A DNA stretch of 59,227 bases from a virus (Duplodnaviria; Caudoviricetes), in the IMG/VR virus record IMGVR_UViG_3300031577_000001, positions 1 to 59,227 of that record; one strand, written 5' to 3'. The first letter of the stretch is position 1; each line of letters begins with the position of its first letter. Below are positions 55,486 through 59,227 of the stretch, one piece after another. The notes beneath the pieces were generated by a model. That model had not been told where the DNA came from, searched no databases, and worked only from the letters and a program-made list of their open reading frames with translations. A program made the position numbers and the translations under genes.

Positions 55486-56313
55486 ATGCAAGGGGGCGGA
55501 GAAATTTTGGGAGATGTAGGTTGGATAAAAATATACCGTTGTTTAACTGAGAAAGCAATCTGGACTTGTTCCACCCCTGAGCATTGCAAGATACTTATTA
55601 CCTTGCTGATGATGGCTAATAGTGACAAAAAACAATGGGTTTGGCAAGGTAAACAATTTGAAGCAAACCCAGGCCAATTTGTAACAAGCGCAGACTCAAT
55701 TATAAAAAAATGCGGAAAAGGTATTACTCGCCAAAATGTGCGAAGTGCGCTTACAAAATTTGAAAAACTCGATTTTTTAACCTACGAAACAACCAAGACC
55801 GGAATGCTTATAACCATAGTAAATTGGGAGGTCTATCAAGATAAATCAGCACCGACCAACCAAGAAAGCAACCAAGAACCAACCAACAGGCAACCAACAG
55901 GCAACCAACAGGCAACCACTAACAAGAATAATAAGAATAATAAGAAGGATAAGAAGGATATAAATAACGCGCGAGAGAGCAAAGTCCAATTTGCTGAGTT
56001 CGTTAGTCTGACCAATGCGGAGTATTCCGCACTCGTGACACAATTCAGCGAACACGGAGCTAAGCGCATGATTGAGATACTTGACGATTACAAGGGTGCT
56101 AGTGGTAAAACATACAAGTCTGATTATCGGGCTATTCGCACATGGGTTATTAAACGGTATACGGAAGAACTTGAACCGGGCAAAAAAAATAAGCCTAAGC
56201 AAAAAGACAACCTTGACCGATTTGATCAATTTTTGAGGGGTGAGACGTTTGACAATCCAGGAAACGACGATGATATTGAAGTTCATTGCGAACATATTTC
56301 CGAAACTGGCTGA
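55486..56313 (+). CDS. Lytic replication initiator protein
   Basis: GWIK.YR, GQF.TS, ITI.NW..YQ; internal iterons. Confidence 0.85.
   Translation: MQGGGEILGDVGWIKIYRCLTEKAIWTCSTPEHCKILITLLMMANSDKKQWVWQGKQFEANPGQFVTSADSIIKKCGKGITRQNVRSALTKFEKLDFLTYETTKTGMLITIVNWEVYQDKSAPTNQESNQEPTNRQPTGNQQATTNKNNKNNKKDKKDINNARESKVQFAEFVSLTNAEYSALVTQFSEHGAKRMIEILDDYKGASGKTYKSDYRAIRTWVIKRYTEELEPGKKNKPKQKDNLDRFDQFLRGETFDNPGNDDDIEVHCEHISETG
55857..55967 (+). repeat. Putative lytic origin inside the initiator gene
   Basis: caaccaacagg x3 and caaccaagaa x2, followed by an A-rich aagaataat tract. Confidence 0.7.
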
Positions 56314-56749
56314 GGGTAACAACGATGCGTTTAATAAACGGATTATGTCCTGGCACTTGTTGCTTTCAGACGTTGACTACAACTTGGCGAGCCAGGCGGT
56401 TATCAAGATGCTTCGAGGCGAAGAATATCCCAGCCCCGGCCGGATAATCAAGGCTGTTAAGTCAATACAAAATGCCAATATACCAAGTGCGGAAAACGCA
56501 TGGGCAGAGGTATTGCTAAAGCTGGACCCTTACCGGAGGCCTGAGTGGTCACACAAGCTGATAGGCGAGGCTGTTCGGTGCATGGGGTACGTTGAATTGT
56601 GCCGGAGTGAAAACCCTAACATTGACCGGGCGCAGTTTTTAAAAATATATAACAACCTGCTAGAACGGCACATGGACCGGGAGGAAAACGAGGTTGTATG
56701 TGAGATAGCACGGCATACGGTGTTGCGGCTGGCAAAGGGGATTGGGTAG
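56240..56749 (+). CDS. Helicase loader/inhibitor-like protein
   Basis: W...L.D.DY.....A, AE.AW.EV, DRAQF.K.Y; follows the initiator. Confidence 0.7.
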   Translation: MRRLTIQETTMILKFIANIFPKLAEGNNDAFNKRIMSWHLLLSDVDYNLASQAVIKMLRGEEYPSPGRIIKAVKSIQNANIPSAENAWAEVLLKLDPYRRPEWSHKLIGEAVRCMGYVELCRSENPNIDRAQFLKIYNNLLERHMDREENEVVCEIARHTVLRLAKGIG

Positions 56750-56750
56750 C

Positions 56751-57068
56751 ATGATAAAAATAATAACGGACCATGGTGACATTAAAGTTATTACGCCACA
56801 AGAAATGGCCGAAAACATTAAGCAAAGCGTCGAAATTCGGATGAAATTGCGGCAAACAGTAGACCAACTTAATAAGGCACATGAAATATTCAGCGAGTTA
56901 TTTAGCCGGGATTTGCCGGGAGATTCGATACTTTTGGTTAACAAAATGTTAGAGATTACGGAGTTAAATCTACTTAGCAACCGGGATTACCTATTACAGA
57001 GATTTTACAAACTTTATCCAGAGAGCGAAGGAAAATCGATACGCGAGATATTTAGCGAGGGCGAATAG
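56751..57068 (+). CDS. Hypothetical protein
   Basis: ORF track. Confidence 0.55.
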   Translation: MIKIITDHGDIKVITPQEMAENIKQSVEIRMKLRQTVDQLNKAHEIFSELFSRDLPGDSILLVNKMLEITELNLLSNRDYLLQRFYKLYPESEGKSIREIFSEGE

Positions 57069-57078
57069 AGGTGGCGTA

Positions 57079-57456
57079 ATGACCCTAGCAAAAATAACTC
57101 TCGCCGGAATGCGCCCTATCACGAAAAAAAATCACACTGAGCGCACTAAATCAGGGGCTACGATACAGTCCAAGGCGTACAGGGACTACGAGAGCAGTTG
57201 CCTATGGCTGTTAAAAAGCCAGTGGCGAAAACCTCCGTTAACAGGCAGGATGAACCTTTGTGCCAGGTACTGGATGCCTAACCATAGGAGCGAACCTGAC
57301 CTGATAAATTTGCTACAGGCTACGGCTGACATACTGGAAAAGGCCGGGGTAGTTGAGAATGACAAGTATTTTAGGCGGTTTGACGGTAGCGAGGTAGTGG
57401 GGATTGATAAGCATAACCCAAGGGTTGAGATAGAAATTGAGTTGTTGGAGGGGTAG
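57079..57456 (+). CDS. rusA: RusA-family Holliday junction resolvase
   Basis: P.TKKN, DL.NL.....D.L....V..ND, NPRVEI.I. Confidence 0.85.
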   Translation: MTLAKITLAGMRPITKKNHTERTKSGATIQSKAYRDYESSCLWLLKSQWRKPPLTGRMNLCARYWMPNHRSEPDLINLLQATADILEKAGVVENDKYFRRFDGSEVVGIDKHNPRVEIEIELLEG

Positions 57457-57664
57457 ACGATGATTTTTGATGGTAATTGTCCTGAGTGTAGTAATGATGA
57501 CTTAGATGTGCTTGAGTGTGAATGGCAGGGAGATTTTGTTGCCGTTAGGCTGGAATGCCCAGTATGCGGCAAGGAAACATATGTGAAGTACAACCCTGGG
57601 ATTGTAGTGGAGGGGTGAACGATGGATAGTTTTGTTAAAGAATGTTTGTGCATTATAGCAGGGA

Positions 57665-57791
57665 TTATGGGGATGGCACTTATTTTTATATTTCTGCTGG
57701 TATGTATGGCTAAATTCCTATGATGTTGTTGGAGGGCTAAACATGTATAAGGCAGTAAAACAGGTATGCGCCACCTGCGGCAATGTGAATA
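57665..57791 (+). repeat. 127-bp exact repeat, copy 2
   Basis: Identical to 1-127. Confidence 0.95.
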
Positions 57792-57903
57792 GAGCGGCGT
57801 ATCCGGGGAAGATGGTCTGTTACAAGCAGAATACGGCAGTTAAGCAGGCGGTACTGGTGAAGGGTAATGGCAAATGCAACAGGTGGAAGGGGATGGCCGG
57901 GCG

Positions 57904-58302
57904 ATGAGAATGGTAACGGAGTTTGTAAAAGAGGGGATAAATCGTTTGCAGTTTGGCTTTTTTGAATACACGAAGAAAAATGGTAGAAAGATAGCCCCTT
58001 GTGGATCGGCGCGAAAATGCAAAAATCATCATCGTAAATGCGATTACATTGTTGACTGTGATCGAGTGAATACATGTCCTGAAAAAGCAGATTTAAGATT
58101 GTGGTATGAGTATCAGCTAAGAGGGTGGAAGAAAAAGCCTAAACGCTTAAAGCAGATTACTCGGCAATGGGAACGTGAGTACAGAAATTTAGAGTCAAGG
58201 ACAAAATGCAAGGACTGTAATCTGGGATATTGTTCCCAAAACGGAGTACAAAATCCTAAGTGCTGGGTAGCTATAGAGGGGAAGGGGTGCAGTGATGGTT
58301 GA
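57904..58302 (+). CDS. Cys-rich basic hypothetical protein
   Basis: ORF track; occupies the slot that yopX fills in the other allele. Confidence 0.55.
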   Translation: MRMVTEFVKEGINRLQFGFFEYTKKNGRKIAPCGSARKCKNHHRKCDYIVDCDRVNTCPEKADLRLWYEYQLRGWKKKPKRLKQITRQWEREYRNLESRTKCKDCNLGYCSQNGVQNPKCWVAIEGKGCSDG

Positions 58303-58579
58303 CAATCGTAAATGCCCGGTATGCGGCAAAACGCTAAAATACTCATGTGAAACATACGCGAGGTCACACAACAAGTATTGTTCACTCGAATGTTATGAGT
58401 ATTCCAGGTCGGCACTACTGCAAGAGGCTAAGAAGCAAAATAAGACACCCAGGGAAGTTTTAGTAAACCTTTTGAACGAATACGGCAGCGCAAAGGCGGC
58501 GGCTGAAATGATCGGGACAACTCACCAAATATTATTAAAATGGCGGCGCAAATACGGAATTAGGCATGTATGGGTATAA
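58292..58579 (+). CDS. Zinc-finger plus HTH protein
   Basis: CPVCGK, YCS.EC, S...AAE.IG.....L..W..KYGI. Confidence 0.7.
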   Translation: MMVDNRKCPVCGKTLKYSCETYARSHNKYCSLECYEYSRSALLQEAKKQNKTPREVLVNLLNEYGSAKAAAEMIGTTHQILLKWRRKYGIRHVWV

Positions 58580-58580
58580 G

Positions 58581-58692
58581 CAAAAGAACAAGGCCACTGC
58601 GCGAGCGACCTTGTTCTAGGGTAAAGGTAATGAAAAGGTTACAGTAATATTATACCCCGGCTAGGCTGGGTTTATACGGGGAGGGGTAAGCG
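58581..58692. promoter_or_regulatory. Conserved intergenic element, copy 2
   Basis: Matches 943-1057. Confidence 0.6.
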
Positions 58693-58693
58693 A

Positions 58694-58879
58694 ATGAAGG
58701 ATTACGTAATCTTTAAAACCGATATGTATTGTGACGACGAATTGCATTTTAAAGCGGGCAAAAAATATGAAATTATTGGCGAAGTTAATGAAAAATATGC
58801 CGTTTCGTATGGGCGTAAAAATAAAATGGAATGTTGCCTAATGCCTAAAGACTATGACGGTATTGTGGTGGGGTGCTGA
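58694..58879 (+). CDS. Hypothetical protein
   Basis: GGAGGGG RBS. Confidence 0.55.
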   Translation: MKDYVIFKTDMYCDDELHFKAGKKYEIIGEVNEKYAVSYGRKNKMECCLMPKDYDGIVVGC

Positions 58880-58881
58880 TA

Positions 58882-59043
58882 ATGTATAACGACAAGGCTG
58901 TTGAAAAGCTGATAGAAAACCTTTGCGAAAACGGTGATTGCCCTTGCCATTATAGATTAAGAAACAATTGTGCTGAATATGATGATGATTGCTTTTCTTG
59001 CTGGAAACAGGTACTAAGTACAGAACCGGAGGGTGACAAATGA
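58882..59043 (+). CDS. Small Cys-rich protein (allele of 1345-1503)
   Basis: MYNDKAVEKLIE...CWKQVLSTEPEGDK. Confidence 0.6.
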   Translation: MYNDKAVEKLIENLCENGDCPCHYRLRNNCAEYDDDCFSCWKQVLSTEPEGDK

Positions 59044-59227
59044 GCGGCTGGATTAAATATCCTTACAAAGAATGTGAGGAATGTGAAAAATTTGATTGGG
59101 ATAGAGCAAATGATGTTGTCCCTCAACCGTATATGGCGTGTAGTTATAGTGAGGATTGCCCTATAACAGAACCGGAGGGTGACAATGGCTAAGATAACGG
59201 CTGAACAAGCTATAGCGTGGTTAAAAG

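Larger units (their letters stand above)
1..57664. mobile_element. Temperate myovirus-type phage-plasmid genome (probably complete and circular)
   Basis: Complete head/tail/lysis/immunity/replication modules plus Rep_3 initiator, iterons and ParA; no full-length integrase; 1-127 recurs at 57665-57791. Confidence 0.9.

Overview
The window is essentially a whole ~57.7 kb temperate contractile-tailed (myovirus-like) phage-plasmid genome. The host is probably a spore-forming diderm Firmicute (Negativicutes, Sporomusaceae-like); this is inferred from SSB and amidase sequence style, RBS usage and a Prp-type motif, not verified. Gene order: mosaic array of small early genes (1-6.0 kb); RinA/ArpU activator, a ~300-nt highly structured non-coding region and an out-of-place tail-fibre gene; terminases; a tyrosine recombinase with two dif/lox-like sites bracketing the portal module; DUF2213/DUF2184 head; DUF3383 sheath tail with a -1 frameshift chaperone and a duplicated tube gene; two baseplate fibres; a lysis cassette with an amidase plus two papain-fold enzymes; surface-modification morons; a Rep_3 plasmid replicon with 5+5 iterons and type Ib ParA/RHH partitioning; an FtsK/Replic_Relax/SpoIIIAC-like operon behind a sigmaE-like promoter; the cI/cro switch; Sak/SSB recombination; and a lytic replication initiator. 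Bases 1-127 recur exactly at 57665-57791 (probable k=127 assembly junction), and the last 1.4 kb is an alternative allele of the first 1.7 kb. The strongest candidates for undescribed biology are the putative sporulation-linked DNA translocation operon, the large late ncRNA, and the heterospecific recombination sites around the portal module. All family assignments come from motif recognition and synteny; no database searches were run.
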